Under the pieces are notes generated by a model, which worked only from the letters and a program-made list of their open reading frames with translations, had not been told where the DNA came from and did not search any database. DNA of 55,336 bases, the filler included, from Dirinaria sp. TL-2023a (lineage: Eukaryota), in the NCBI GenBank assembly GCA_051941275.1. It is 4 parts of 4 records of this genome, joined end to end, with 100 filler letters (N's around TTAATTAATTAA, not from the genome) between each part and the next. Parts side by side here need not be neighbours in the genome. Positions count along the whole stretch, not along the records: positions 27,732 to 41,488 come from JAVEBF010000659.1; positions 41,589 to 55,336 come from JAVEBF010000660.1; 2 more parts are not named here. One strand, 5' to 3'. The position numbers and the translations under genes are program-made. Below, piece after piece: positions 40,143 through 51,000 of the stretch; position 1 is the first letter of the stretch; every line of letters begins with the position of its first letter.

Positions 40143-41475
40143 ATGTCGACGACCACCACGACCACCACGACGACGAAGACGACGCCAACAATCACAATCA
40201 GTAAGCCGAACGTTGGCGTGTTTACGGATCCGGAGCACAAGCTCTGGGTAGCCGAGTCGCAGCCGGCGGTGGAGACGGTGAGGGAAGGGAAAGAGCTAAA
40301 GGAGGGAGAAGTCACGGTTGGGATACGCTCGACGGGGATATGTGGGTATGGTTTCCTCTTTCCGCCTTCTCCTTTTCCTTTCCTTACTCCTAATTCGACA
40401 TGTTGTCGTCCAAAAGGCCGGGGCGGAGAGGGCGCGGACTTTTCACAATTGTCTGTCCTCCTAAGACCAATGTTGGAGATTTGGAGGCGAATAGTACTGC
40501 TAACGCTCTGCTCCCTCTCTCCACCACCACAGCTCCGACATCCACTTCTGGCACGCAGGCCGCATTGGCCCCATGGTAGTCACGGACTCACATATCCTAG
40601 GCCACGAGTCCGCAGGGGAGGTACTAGCCGTGCACCCGGACGTGACGCACCTGAAGCCGGGGGATCGGGTGGCCATCGAGCCGAACGTGATTTGTAACGC
40701 GTGTGAACCCTGCCTAACAGGACGATACAATGGATGCCTGAAGATGAAATTCCTGTCCACGCCGCCCGTCGACGGCTTGTTGCGGCGGTACGTGAACCAC
40801 CCGGCGATCTGGTGCCACAAGATCGGCGCGATGTCGTTCGAAGACGGCGCGATGCTGGAACCACTGAGCGTCGCGCTAGCGGGCATGGAGCGGGCGGGGG
40901 TCCGGCTCGGAGATTCGGTGCTCGTATGTGGCGCCGGACCGATCGGGTTGATCACGCTGCTGTGCTGCGCGGCGGCGGGCGCAGAACCCCTGGTCGTGAC
41001 GGATATCGACGACGGCAGGCTCCAGTTCGCGCAAGAACTGGTGCCGCGCGCCCGGACGTACAAAGTCGAGCGGGGCACTGAGACGGAGGATGTAGGCCGA
41101 GCGATCGTGAAACTCGCCAGCGGCGTCCAGCCCGCCATCGCGATGGAGTGTACGGGTGTCGAGAGCAGTGTGTCGAACGCCATCTACGCGACCAAGTTCG
41201 GCGGCAAGGTGTTTGTGATCGGCGTCGGCAGGCCCGAGATGACCCTCCCCTTCATGCGCCTCAGCACCCAGGAGATCGACCTGCAGTTCCAGTACCGCTA
41301 CTGCAATACCTGGCCCCGAGCCATCCGGTTGGTCGAGGCTGGCGTGATCGATCTGAAGAGGCTCGTCACGCATCGGTTTCCCCTTGAGGAGGCGGTCAAG
41401 GCTTTTGAGACGGCGGGGGATCCGAAGACGGGTGCGATCAAGGTGTTGATTCAGAGTGAGGGGTTTGGGGATTGA
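40143..41475 (+). CDS. lad1: L-arabinitol 4-dehydrogenase, 2 exons: 40143-40345 and 40533-41475
   Basis: [38 protein letters not shown], structural Zn [40 protein letters not shown] and [14 protein letters not shown]. Intron 40346-40532 has a GCTAAC branch. Confidence 0.93.
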
Positions 41476-41488
41476 TGTATAGGGGGGG

Positions 41489-41588
41489 NNNNNNNNNNNN
41501 NNNNNNNNNNNNNNNNNNNNNNNNNNNNNNNNTTAATTAATTAANNNNNNNNNNNNNNNNNNNNNNNNNNNNNNNNNNNNNNNNNNNN
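41489..41588. other. Artificial contig spacer
   Basis: 100 nt N-TTAATTAATTAA-N. Confidence 0.97.
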
Positions 41589-44359
41589 GGATTGGGAGGT
41601 AGGTAGGTATTTGAAGAGGTGGGTCATGTAAGGTACAGTAAAGTAGGTAAGGTAGGTTTGGATTGATATGACGTTTTCTGGATGCTGGGAGCCTGGGAGG
41701 GCATCTTAGGGTTGCTGGCGGAGCAACCGGGGTAGTGCGAACCCTGTATTTTTCCCTCTACATAAACTCTCACATCAGCCCTAAAATCAAGGTATGGTAC
41801 GGTACCTTAGGGAAAACTACCTACATGACGAACTTTACGTCTTACTCAACACGTATGATGGGCCCCAAACAAGAATAACGGAAAAAAAGGTTGATCTGGG
41901 AATAGAGTGGTCCTACCTCTTCAATTACTACGTCTTCAGATTCGTTACAGAACATAGGCTGTAGTGTAGGCTTGGAGCTTTTCTCTGAATCTCACTCCTG
42001 AACCATTAAGGCTGCCACGATATCTTCAACAATATCGTCACACATCCAGTGAAGGTCATGCTCTAAGTCCCGGAGTTTTCATTCTTATCTCAGAACCTCG
42101 ATATGAAAGGAGATCGGGGACACTCATTTCTAGGCAATATGCTCGATGCTATTACTACCTTACTCAGTAAAAATAGGGCATTGTCCGAAGATTCCCAGCT
42201 CTGCAATAAGACTCGTCTGCAGCGATGAGATAGATAGTCTTCTTCCCCACGACTACGTCAGCAAGAAAATGAGGATTTCAGCTAAAGAAGTCAACCCCCT
42301 TGACTTGAGGGAAGACTGAAGGTGCTGAAAAGCGGGTGAATCGACCGCGAGTAGCTCCGATAGAAAATTTTAGAAATCAGAAGCATGAGTATTATACTTT
42401 AGTTGCTGATACTCAACCTGTGAACTTGAATCAAATCCTCGACGGCTACAGAGCGGCGACTTCTTGGAAGATGGACTCGAAACTGCTTTGCAACGAGCTT
42501 GCTCTCTTAGAGCGCGAGCAAGGCCGTCCGTTTCAACGTCTCCACAGGAACGGTAAATATCGCAGCCACAGGCGCAAAGAAACCTGTCTTCTACGCAGTC
42601 CAGGAAAGCCAGAATGAGACCAACTTCCACAGTCTAAGAAACTAGCTTGACGACTGTGAAGACTGCGGAGTTTTCGAGAATGAAGAAGACTTCGAGAACG
42701 AAGCGTCAAAGATGCTATGGACAGTCTCGAGACTTGCATCAAAGAAACGTCAAGATCTGCCATTCCACGCAAAAGAACCAAGCCAGTGCTGTGAAAAACC
42801 TGGCCGGGCGTGTTTCTCCGATTCTCTTGAAAAGCGAACTGGCAATCATCCGTTTGGACTCTTGCTTAATGAATACTTATTAAAAGTTGTGAAGCAAAGG
42901 CCTAGCTGAGCGGTAACGACAAGATCTAGGTTCTGTAGACGGCATAGAAGAAGAGGTTGATGGAGCATCTGTTCCCATTTCCCAAACGCTAGAAACTTCT
43001 ATCAATGAGCCCGCCTCCTGAGATATCACGAAGCAATACAAAGCCGTCGGGCTGGCAAAGATATACCCTGGCGCCTAATTTCAAGGATGGCGTACCTGAA
43101 GGTAGTAGCAACATATGTAGTTTCCACCAATGCAATTCCATATGAAGCACCAATCATACACGTCGACGAAGTGACGAATTCGCAGCGGATCCGCCTGGAC
43201 AATCTTCCCAGGCCCTGGCAGCACTCCACCTCACGACCTTGCTATTTCTTTCATCCAGACTCATAAGGATGCAATAATAAATTAATCCCAGTAGTAATGT
43301 AGGATGAGAAGTGGGGAAGCCCCCAATAAAATCCCTTTTTAGACTGATTGGTCGTTCAGTTCTTACAATGATGCGTTCGATCGTATCTTAATAAGCCGAT
43401 CGGAGGAGTTTTCGAGCCTCATCGATAGCAGAGATGTAAAGAATGTGGGCAATGATAATACAATGGTCTGGGTGGTTCATGAGGTAGGTACGAGTACTGT
43501 AATAAGGCTGTTAGCTGCCGCTTAGCTGAGAGTTGGGGGCTTAGTACCTCGCCCCTCCCCCCGCTTCAGCTGGTTTCAGGCAACGCGAACGCCGGCCTTC
43601 CCGCTGCTAATTTGAGACGTTCTTTGATTCCTTCCAGATGGCTGAGCAATGCAGGCAGTAGCTCGAGTAGGTATCAGCGTGTTTCATCCAAGTCCCATTT
43701 GCTGTTCGCTAATACTCCGACGGTGTCACAGCACAGGCGCAGCTATAGAGCCGGAGAGGGGCAGCATTTATTTTGGGTTGCTTGATGCAATCATCAAGTC
43801 CCAGAGGACCCAGAATGTGATGCCTGGGGGGCATAGGCCCGCAAATGGGGTTTGAATTTGGCGCTGACTGTATTGTGAGAGGTGTAGGGTATTCCTCGAT
43901 AAATGGTAGAAAGGATTTCCCACATAAAGTTCCCATTGCGCGTCCTACTTTCACAGCCTTTATTATAAGAGTATGCAACCTTCCAAGTGTCGTATCGGAT
44001 GGAGATCGACATGCCCTCCGAGACATACTATGCATAATCATCCTCCAGGAACTCTTGCTGCTGCTGCCCGGATAGAGTCTCTGGTGCAGTGGGTCCATGG
44101 CTGAGCCGCAATCTACGTGCCAGCCCCGTAGCACAACATTCGCAGGCAGAGAGCCTTGCTGGCCATATGAGATGTTGGAGGACAGGTGTATAAGAAAGCC
44201 CTCTCCCGCTTCAGAGGCGTATAACCACATTCCCAATCCCACGATTGACGCTGTCTTTCGTTGAGCCTTGACGTTAAACTCTGTGCTGATCGCCAGCCTC
44301 CAAGTCGCTCCCTTGACCCAACTGAAGACTCTCGTTTGAAAGCTCCACCTTCAGGCACC

Positions 44360-44907
44360 ATGCTCAAATCGTCAGCACTTGCTCTGCTTTTTGCCCACCT
44401 CTCGCTCGCTCAAATCACTATACCGAATGTCGGTGTCTTCTTCTCATTTGAGTGCTCGACATGTTCTAATCCCTGGCGTAGGTCTCCAATGTGATATCCT
44501 CCGCCGAATCGGAAGCGACAAACGCCGCCAGCGTTGTGGGATCGGAAGTGACAAACGCTGCCAGTTTTATCTCCACGCACATCGTATCGACGGCGCCCGT
44601 CCTGAACAGTCAGACCGTGACTATGCCGTCAAACCCAGTTACACCAACCATCACTACCCGGAGCCGGACCACAGTTTCTGGAGCGGCCAAACCAACAGGC
44701 ACAGCGCCAAGTGGTGCTGCAAAACCGAGCGGTACAGGTTCAAAGGGTGGGACGACGACTTCTTCTGCGAAGTCTAACGAGCCTCCTAAGCCGAAGAGCA
44801 CGAGCACAACTGCTGCGACTGCGGGAGCGGCGAGCCAGCCAACTAATATTATGATGGCTGCGGGTGCCGCGGCCGCCGGTGTATTGGGTGTCGCTGCTAT
44901 GCTGTAA
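44360..44907 (+). CDS. Secreted Ser/Thr-rich GPI-anchored cell-surface protein, 2 exons: 44360-44428 and 44482-44907
   Basis: Signal peptide MLKSSALALLFAHLSLA-Q. Intron 44429-44481 (GTCGGT...CTAAT...TAG). Repeat SEATNAAS/SEVTNAAS. Hydrophobic GPI-type end AGAA...MMAAGAAAAGVLGVAAML. Confidence 0.85.
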
Positions 44908-45061
44908 GACTTTGGGAAGATGTAGATTGCGCATCAGATTTAATACTTTGGACGTGCTTCCCGGAGTAATGGCTGCTTTCCTGCAACGTTAGAGCGATTA
45001 AGTTTAGGCAACAGTGTTCGATGCCTCGGAACACCTCAAAAGCAGAACTGCCTCTCGATAC

Positions 45062-46252
45062 TCAGTCCGTGCCACTCGTGATGTTATCGTCCCTTTTTCT
45101 CGTCGATCCTGTGACAAGCTCGTCTATTGTGGCAACATGCGTCAGATCTGCTCCCACATCCTGCTCTTCTTCACGGCTGGCAACGCTAAGACCTGTAAAG
45201 TCTTTTGAGCTTTTGCTTGTGGCAGTCATGTCCGTGTCGGCGGCGCTGGACATGATTTTCTTGAAAATCGCCAGCCCTTCGTTACCTAGCCCTGTGCCCA
45301 CTGCTACCGCGTCCGCTCCTACGGATTGCATACGCCTGTAGCCGGCTTCATCGTTGACTCCACCGACGCCAATGATGCTTATGTGCCTTAGTTGTTTATG
45401 CTCATCCAGCATGGATCTGATTGTCCTCACGTTGCCGAGCGCCAGTGGATGCAATGTCGCACCCCCTAGACCACCGATACCAGTACCAGTCTCGGAATTG
45501 AGCGCTGGAGATAGTGAATCGTAAAGCAAAAGACACGAGCCCAAAGTGTTGGTCGCGGTAATGAATGACACCGGACAGGGTTCCACGGCTCGTAAAGCAG
45601 AAATCAACGATACAAATTGGTCTCGGTACGTATACGGCGGCATCTTAATACCAACTTCCATTGCCGGGGTAATGCCATGACCGGCAAAGCTATCTTTCAT
45701 TTCCTGGACTGCTACAGCCAGAGCTCGTAGGTAAGATGTCAGTTCTTCTTCCGAGTACGCAGGTGGGGGTTTTCCGGCTATGTTAGGACAGGACAGATTG
45801 ATCTCCATCAGTAGTCTACTATTCATCTCGCTTTTTAATTTAGATATTTCAAAATAGTACTCCTTCATCTGAGGCGCTGATCCTGTCACCGAGAAGATGA
45901 TTGGCTTTTGCATGGACGGTTCGCTTTGCGACACCATCTCTCGGACGATGTTGATATACTCTAGGAAGGAAATTGGACTGTATCCTAATGTGTTCAGGCT
46001 TGAGATTGTCTCCGTACCACCTGAGGCTATCACGACCTGGCTTTGGTTCATGCTATGGTTAACGATTGTGTGCTCCGGGTTCATTAGGCAATACTGGTGC
46101 ACGTTATCCTTGTGCGGGTAACCTTCGGTGCGGCATGTCCGAGTAGTTAAAGCGCCAGTGTATTGGCAATTGTATAGCGATTGCAGATCTTCTTTGGTAG
46201 TTGCCCATGGTGTCGCAGAGTTGAGCAATGGGGGATCGAAATCTAGCGGCAT
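45062..46252 (-). CDS. Ura1-like class I dihydroorotate dehydrogenase family flavoprotein (probable dihydrouracil oxidase), intronless
   Basis: PLLNSATPWAT, SSLNTLGYS, EINLSCPNI, GIKMPPY, FITATNTLG, GGLGG...LHPLALGNV, IIGVGGV and VAVGT. Confidence 0.88.
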   Translation of the reverse strand: MPLDFDPPLLNSATPWATTKEDLQSLYNCQYTGALTTRTCRTEGYPHKDNVHQYCLMNPEHTIVNHSMNQSQVVIASGGTETISSLNTLGYSPISFLEYINIVREMVSQSEPSMQKPIIFSVTGSAPQMKEYYFEISKLKSEMNSRLLMEINLSCPNIAGKPPPAYSEEELTSYLRALAVAVQEMKDSFAGHGITPAMEVGIKMPPYTYRDQFVSLISALRAVEPCPVSFITATNTLGSCLLLYDSLSPALNSETGTGIGGLGGATLHPLALGNVRTIRSMLDEHKQLRHISIIGVGGVNDEAGYRRMQSVGADAVAVGTGLGNEGLAIFKKIMSSAADTDMTATSKSSKDFTGLSVASREEEQDVGADLTHVATIDELVTGSTRKRDDNITSGTD

Positions 46253-46611
46253 CCTAAACGAAAGGATGAAGGAAGGCTATCAAGGAAATCAAGTGTATTG
46301 ATTTGAAAATTTCAAAGAAAAGCTTTGCAAGATGTGTCGAGCGAGCACAGGAGAAGCAACAAGGGCTTGTGAAGAAGGACGTCGAGTCCGAGACAAAATA
46401 GCAGATATGAAGTTACCAGCCTGCAAGGATGAGGTCAATTGAAGAGCAAGGATATAAATTCACATTGTTATCGCTACACCGACCGATTCGGAGTCTACAA
46501 TCACCATAGAGAAGAAGACACCACAAAAGGCGACAAGGTAAGACTGTATGTAATCTTACTCTCAACGATCAAGAACTGAAGTGGTGTTGGGAGACGAGCC
46601 AAGAAGTGTAG

Positions 46612-46872
46612 AGTAAGGTAAGGTAGATGCCCAAGACGAACAAGCAAGTGGACAAGCAGCCTATGGGTACCTTAAGGAGGGAGGAAGGTTTAGGTAAGGT
46701 ATGAGTACTGTAGCTTAGGTAAGGTAGTAGTAGTGTACAGTAGAGGGGCTGAGGCGGAGAAGGGAGCTCCAGGCGACAAGTGCCTACGCAACGTCATAAG
46801 GTAGGTAGCCTAGGTAAGGTAAGGTAGGTAAGGTACGCTATCTCGGTTAAAATAGTAGTACTCGTACCTACC
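46612..46872. repeat. (A/T)AGGT-based simple-sequence cluster in a divergent promoter
   Basis: For example TAAGGTAAGGTAG (46614-46626) and TAGGTAAGGTAAGGTAGGTAAGGTA (46811-46835). Confidence 0.65.
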
Positions 46873-46973
46873 TTTCTGGGTACCATCTTTGACCAGAACC
46901 CTAAAGCTCTCTACCATACTACCATCTCTACCTCAAACCCCCCACAGCATATCACAGACAATTATCAATCAAG

Positions 46974-48158
46974 ATGCCAGAAACCGCCAACTCCGGGAAC
47001 CGATTCTCCGCCCTCAACCTCTCCGAATACATGACCGCCTCCCTCCCCGCAACCTCAGGACCCCACCTCCGCGATCCCTACGACGCCGTCGCCCTCCTCG
47101 CTCACGCCTGCATGATCGCCGTCGATTTCCGCCTGAACGGTCTGGGCGAAGAGCACACGATCCCCGTATCCCCCTCCTCGGCCAACGACTCTTCCTCCTC
47201 CACCCCACCTCTGCCGAGGGAATGGAACCAGACCGAAAACTCCAGCTACGCCTTCCGCTACACCCACAACCAATCGGCGCTGAAGTACCTGCTGAAAGTG
47301 TCGCGCCTGGGATCCAAAGCCCTGATCGTGGGGCTAACACTGCCGGACGAGCACAAAGTGCACAGCCTGGACGTGGCGGTCAAAGACTTCCTCTCGCCCT
47401 CGACCTTCCCCTTCACGGCCGCGAACCCGGCAGAAGACATCGAGGGGGCCGCGAAAGCCGTGCGCGAACGGTTCCTGTCTCCAGGCCGCATCGCCGATCT
47501 GGCGAGCATGGTGAAGCTGCAACTGATCCAGAAGCTGGCGCCGAAGCTGCACAAGGAAGGCTACGAGGAATCCGCGCACGCGGCCCGCCGATCATCGCAC
47601 TCGCCCCCCGCATCCTCATCCGCATCGGAAGACCGTGCCCCACCAGAGATGATGCCGCCGTACGCGCAGCCGCGACCGTTCCACGACGACCCTCTCGCCG
47701 CAGACCTCCCGCGCCGGCCCTTCCCAGCCGGCGACTTCCCGCCCCCGGGCTTCGAGGACGAATACGAGATCACGCGGGGACCGGGCGCGGGTCCCTACGG
47801 AGGACCAAGGAGACCGCTCAATATCGGAGAGAGGGACCTGTATCCGCCCGGCCTGGGGCCGCATGACCCGCTGCGAGCGGGGCCGGGAGGGGGATTCGCA
47901 CCCGGTGGCGGCGGCGGCATGCATCCGACATTCGATGATCCCATGTTCCGTGGTGGCGACGGCGGTGCTGGCGGTGAGCTGTGGGGTCCGGGCGGCAGAG
48001 CGCCGCATGGTGCGAGGTATGATCCTGTGGGACCCGGTGATGGGCCGCCTAGAGGAGGACTGGGTCGGTTTCCTGGGGGCGGTGGCGGCGGTGGTGGTGG
48101 TGGGATGAGAGGTCCGTTCGGAGGAGGTGGAGGTGGTTTTGGGGGGGACATCATCTAA
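46974..48158 (+). CDS. PI31 proteasome regulator (PSMF1/Fub1 family), intronless
   Basis: N-terminal FP-like domain (YDAVALLAHACM..VDFRL.GL, LPREWN, YAFRY.H.QS). Pro/Gly-rich C-half with IGERDLYPPG, GGMHPTFDDPMF and GARYDPVGP. Confidence 0.92.
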   Translation: MPETANSGNRFSALNLSEYMTASLPATSGPHLRDPYDAVALLAHACMIAVDFRLNGLGEEHTIPVSPSSANDSSSSTPPLPREWNQTENSSYAFRYTHNQSALKYLLKVSRLGSKALIVGLTLPDEHKVHSLDVAVKDFLSPSTFPFTAANPAEDIEGAAKAVRERFLSPGRIADLASMVKLQLIQKLAPKLHKEGYEESAHAARRSSHSPPASSSASEDRAPPEMMPPYAQPRPFHDDPLAADLPRRPFPAGDFPPPGFEDEYEITRGPGAGPYGGPRRPLNIGERDLYPPGLGPHDPLRAGPGGGFAPGGGGGMHPTFDDPMFRGGDGGAGGELWGPGGRAPHGARYDPVGPGDGPPRGGLGRFPGGGGGGGGGGMRGPFGGGGGGFGGDII

Positions 48159-48632
48159 CTATTAGTGGGGGGATACGATTTTGCAGAAGCTCACTGGCAT
48201 CTTTTAAGGAATTGCATGATCACGACTGGCAGGGCATGGCATGGGATGTGCATGGGATGAGACTTTATCGGAATATGTAGAAAAAATACCACTCATAGCA
48301 AGATATCATGTGACATCGAGGTGCCATTGTTCACTGTCAATTTTGTATGATTATGTATGCTTTGCAGACAGACGGAGATGCAGTGGTTCTCCTCGCGTAC
48401 CTAAGAACAATGCAGACCCTAAACCCTAGCACTCAACAGACTCCTTTGCTTAAACTCTATTCTACAAGAATGAGATCAAGAAGCACCTGCTCCTTGAGTG
48501 AGAGCACTCTTCATCAATCTAAATATGTATCAAGAAAGGGGAGATCCTGGCTAACGCTGCAGGCAGACTGCCCGCAGACCAGAACGTACAGCGCCTGCGC
48601 ATTTGATGTATGTCCAAGTGCATAGACAGGAG

Positions 48633-50437
48633 CTAGAGCAAATGGCAGACCAGGAGCAGAGCAGCAGAGCCGATCAGAGCCGCTGCTCCCACCTCTGAAC
48701 GGCTTGCAGTGCCCTTCTTACTTGCCGTGGGGGATGCTGCGGCAGAGGTTGTCGAAGACGGCCCGGATGTATTCGAACCGCTTGGAGTGTTGCTCTCGTC
48801 GTTTGAAAGCGGCTTGATAGCCAAGTCGGTCAACTCTTTGCCGTTAGATCCATACACCTTTTGCGTCACTTTGGTCTGTGTGACTGGAATCATCTTCCCA
48901 GCGTTGGGATTGCTTATACCGTTGGAGATGAGTTTTTGTGCACCTGCTGGCATCGCCGGAATGTCAAACGTATTATTGAAGCCTTGTGAAACGATGAGGC
49001 TGCTCTTGCAGGCTGGTGAAGTTAGTTTCGTTGCGGTGGTATTCCCAGATTCCAACGCTTTCGTGTCTAGCTTGTTGAATTGCGACTGCAGATTGTCGTA
49101 GTCAATCCGTATTTGGGCTGTTTGATTGCTGAAAACAGCAACCAGGCCGAAATTATTTGGCTCTTCGACATACCTGATGAAAGTTCTCAGGTTAGCATCA
49201 CAATCCCAGGATACGTATTCTGGTCATGCCAGCTCCCAGAAATATTGATGAATATAGTAATTGTTATAATCTCCGCAGTGGTTAAAGCAGCGGTAAAGAC
49301 GAAAGGGAACAATCATACTCGTAGACTAAGCCTCCGCTCATCACCTGCGTCATCTGCGGTCCGTACAAGGCCTGAACCTCATCAAATACACGCGGCAAAA
49401 CTTTGTTACAGCCGTATTCCGAAAAGAAGACCTGTTGGAGAATCAAATATGTTAGATGCAGGCATTTTAGTGTTTCAGGAGCCACCTAAGACTAGGTAAC
49501 CATTGTCGAGGCCTTGGACTTACAGGAATCGTGGTATTGGAGAACTGCTCCATCAGAATGTTGTACCCGGCCGACTGAAACGTTGCTGTTGATCCACACC
49601 AAGAGTAGGAATTTAGGCCAAAGAAGTCGATCCTTGACATGTCATCCGTTTGGCCATCAACATCACAGGATAGATAACTCCAAGAGTCGGCAAGAATTTC
49701 TCGCACATCGGCCGCTGAGTAACCCACCGGGATCGTTCGAGGAGAGTTCTTGGCAATATAGGATTTCAGATCTCTGGTCACAGCTCGAAGGTAAGGCGGC
49801 GTAGTGGCCCCACTGGGAACGTCGTTCATGTCCTCATTACCTCCCACAAACGCCAGAGTATTATTGTAATTGTGGAAAGCCTCGACGACACCGAAAATAT
49901 GTTGCAAGTAGGTCAGGCTGTATGAGCTTGCAAGCTGCGTTGGTACTAAACTCTCGTTCGGAAGCGGAGAGTTGACGTCGATTATCATGTAGATTCCTAC
50001 CGCATTGAAAATACTGGCACAGGCATCGTGATTGATGGTTGGATCAACATTGTAGACACGGATGGCGTTGACGCCTAACTGCTGCATCAGTGCAGCATCT
50101 CTCAAACAATTAGTTCCATTGCTCAATGGATCCGACCCAGGCTTGTAACCGGAAGAGCCTCCTGGCTGATAGCTATGGATTGCCGAACAGTTAGCCACAC
50201 ACTCTATTCTATGGTTACCCTGTAAAACAGAGAGGGAAGAACCTACGCGACGCCAATGATCTGCAGGCGAGCTCCAGTCACAGTATTGACGAAATCCGAA
50301 CCCTGGACTTTGACGGTTTGCACCGCGGATGCAACGCATGCGTAGAGCGCCAGGAGCAAGCCAAAAGTCGTCTGATAGCAAGATCAGCAAACATATCTGC
50401 CTAATGGACTGAGCAGTGGACTGACAACTGCTGCCAT
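48633..50437 (-). CDS. GH72 1,3-beta-glucanosyltransferase (Gas/Gel family, GPI-anchored, no X8 domain), about 6 exons
   Basis: [20 protein letters not shown] signal peptide, IIGVA|YQPGGS, CLRDA, NAIRVYN, acid/base [23 protein letters not shown], nucleophile FFSEYGCN and SGGLVYE. Ser/Thr tail and GPI signal. Confidence 0.93.
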
Positions 50438-51000
50438 GGTTGCGCGAGCCACTAATGCAAATCAACCAGGGTAATCCTCCCGCAAGCTTGGCAAGGAGTA
50501 GCAAAAGTTGGTGATAGAATAAAATTAGTGGCGGTAATCGCTGATTACAGAGGCACAAGAGAGAGGAAAGAAATACTTCAATGAGCGTCGGCTGTCAAAG
50601 GCCAGCAAGATTGTTGCAGAAATGGAAAATGTAGTAGGAAAGCGCGAAGATGCTTTGATGTGAAACAGAGATGGACATTACAATTATTTCAGGAGCGGGA
50701 TAACCTACATCCGTGCCTCCATGTTAGAGTCCGAGGCAGTCTAATCCTGTTCTCTCATTGGCGTCATCGGTAGAACTCTGGATATACTTCGGGCCAAGAG
50801 ATTATCTGACTGGTGCTCGATCTCTTGGCCAAGCTCCCCCAAGCCATGTTTCATGCAAAGGCCACATGCTTCGAATCTTCTATTTTGATGCTATGTGGCT
50901 ACATAACATCGACATTAAATCTCATCTATGAGCGATGATAAATGTCATGAATCTGGAATGAGCAGACGGTTCCTGAATTTCGGTCTGCTTCAATGCCACC

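Noticed and set aside
40149..40185. Poly-Thr N-terminus of lad1
   Set aside because: Simple ACC/ACG trinucleotide expansion in a variable leader.
44900..45064. Cryptic peroxisomal read-through extension after the Ura1-like TGA
   Set aside because: The in-frame extension ends SLTA*, not a PTS1, and overlaps the neighbouring gene end.
49467..50558. 363-aa ORF as a complete GH72 protein
   Set aside because: Its first ~125 aa are UTR, intron and off-frame sequence; the real gene starts at 50437 and is spliced.
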